Shown here piece after piece: positions 63,487 through 64,000 of a stretch of 64,000 nt of DNA; the stretch's first letter is position 1, and each line of letters opens with the position of its first letter. Below the pieces are notes generated by a model, which was given only the letters and a program-made list of their open reading frames with translations, had not been told where the DNA came from and made no database searches. The stretch comes from Candidatus Omnitrophota bacterium (GTDB lineage: Bacteria; Omnitrophota; Omnitrophia; Omnitrophales; JACQLI01). A program made the translations under genes and the position numbers. The DNA is taken from assembly GCA_016179745.1 (NCBI GenBank), contig JACPCP010000008.1, forward strand, positions 34,103 to 98,102. The letters run 5' to 3'.

Positions 63487-64000
63487 TCCGGTTTCCTTTG
63501 ATAAATCTTGATCGCATGGGAACGGCGGGGATTATTGACTTCCCAGGGCTCGCCGAACCGGCGGACTTCCCGGTAATGATCAAACACGTAGGCCCCCAGT
63601 TTTTTAACGTAAGTTTTTCCAAAAACTCCAAAACCGGACGACTGGCCGTCCAGATTGGTCAGGACAACGAGAGGAACGGGCCGGGCCTGAATTTCATAAA
63701 GCATCCTCTCCTCCTGCCAATCCCGCAGCCAGCCGATTTCCCCGAAATAAATTTCCCGGACCGCATGCCGGCGGCCGGACAAAAAGCAATAAAGGGGGGC
63801 GACGGGCACGGCCAGGATTTCGTCCCCGGGTTTTGTATTTTCCAGAATGAACCGGGTTCCCTTCCGAAGGGCCTCCGTGGTCGACGGATTCTCATCGACA
63901 AGATAGACTCCGCCCCGTTCAAAATCAAGAAAGCGCTCCGGGACATGCGCCGCAAAGGCCTTCTTCACGCTTTGAAGGGGAAGCGCCAGGACCGCCAGAA
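63483..64000 (-). CDS. C-terminal part of a membrane protein (possibly a GT-C/PMT_2-type glycosyltransferase); the 5' end lies beyond the window
   Basis: The frame stays open upstream of the track start, to the window edge (..LAVLALPLQSVKKAFAAHVPERF...). The last hydrophobic helix is followed by a ~160-aa soluble domain. 4-nt overlap with E1 alpha. The functional call is a guess from context. Confidence 0.5.
   Translation of the reverse strand, partial: LAVLALPLQSVKKAFAAHVPERFLDFERGGVYLVDENPSTTEALRKGTRFILENTKPGDEILAVPVAPLYCFLSGRRHAVREIYFGEIGWLRDWQEERMLYEIQARPVPLVVLTNLDGQSSGFGVFGKTYVKKLGAYVFDHYREVRRFGEPWEVNNPRRSHAIKIYQRKPE

Noticed and set aside
1-64000. tRNA, rRNA, tmRNA, RNase P or other structured RNA genes
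   Set aside because: Intergenic gaps are at most ~150 nt (mostly under 50 nt). None shows cloverleaf-like complementarity or conserved RNA motifs on inspection, though I cannot run a covariance-model search.

Overview
GC-rich chromosomal segment from a diderm (LPS-making) bacterium; I cannot assign a species from the sequence. I call about 63 protein-coding genes, 60 of them on the minus strand. They sit in a few almost gapless co-directional arrays with many 1-50 nt overlaps. Housekeeping genes: ppdK (partial), glyQS, uvrA, nadX-panD-panC-folK, an LL-DAP-type aminotransferase, phoH-pgpH-ybeY-recO, aspS, hisS, ccdA, rpsU, ahcY, metK, pyrG, xerC, topA, dprA, comEA and comF. Envelope/LPS block: lptF/G, lptB, an LptC/LptA-like protein, kdsA, kdsD, two LpxL-type acyltransferase domains, lpxK, waaA, a heptose-7-P kinase, five tandem GT9 heptosyltransferase domains and a GT4 domain. 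There is also a PTS-Ntr-style module (hpf-ptsN-yvcK-ptsH-ptsI). At the right end lies an accessory glycan-tailoring cluster: two epimerases, a B12/radical-SAM enzyme, GT2, SDR, a TPP-dependent E1 alpha/beta pair and a membrane protein running off the window. I found no rRNA, tRNA, CRISPR array, transposase or prophage genes. Main observations: (1) a ThiS-type ubiquitin-like domain ending in VGGG is fused in frame to the N-terminus of topoisomerase I. (2) A palindromic element of about 80-100 bp occurs twice, each time inside an open reading frame and without breaking it, as Rickettsia palindromic elements do. (3) Three glycan genes carry internal deletions: one GT9, the SDR and E1 alpha. (4) There are two unusual fusions, GT4-GT9 and LpxL-ELM1-like. 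(5) The lptB-hpf-ptsN locus lacks rpoN and carries yvcK instead of rapZ. (6) Several operon heads have a -10 box only 7-10 nt from the start codon, which looks leaderless. The long plus-strand ORFs in the track are antisense shadows of minus-strand genes in GC-rich DNA.
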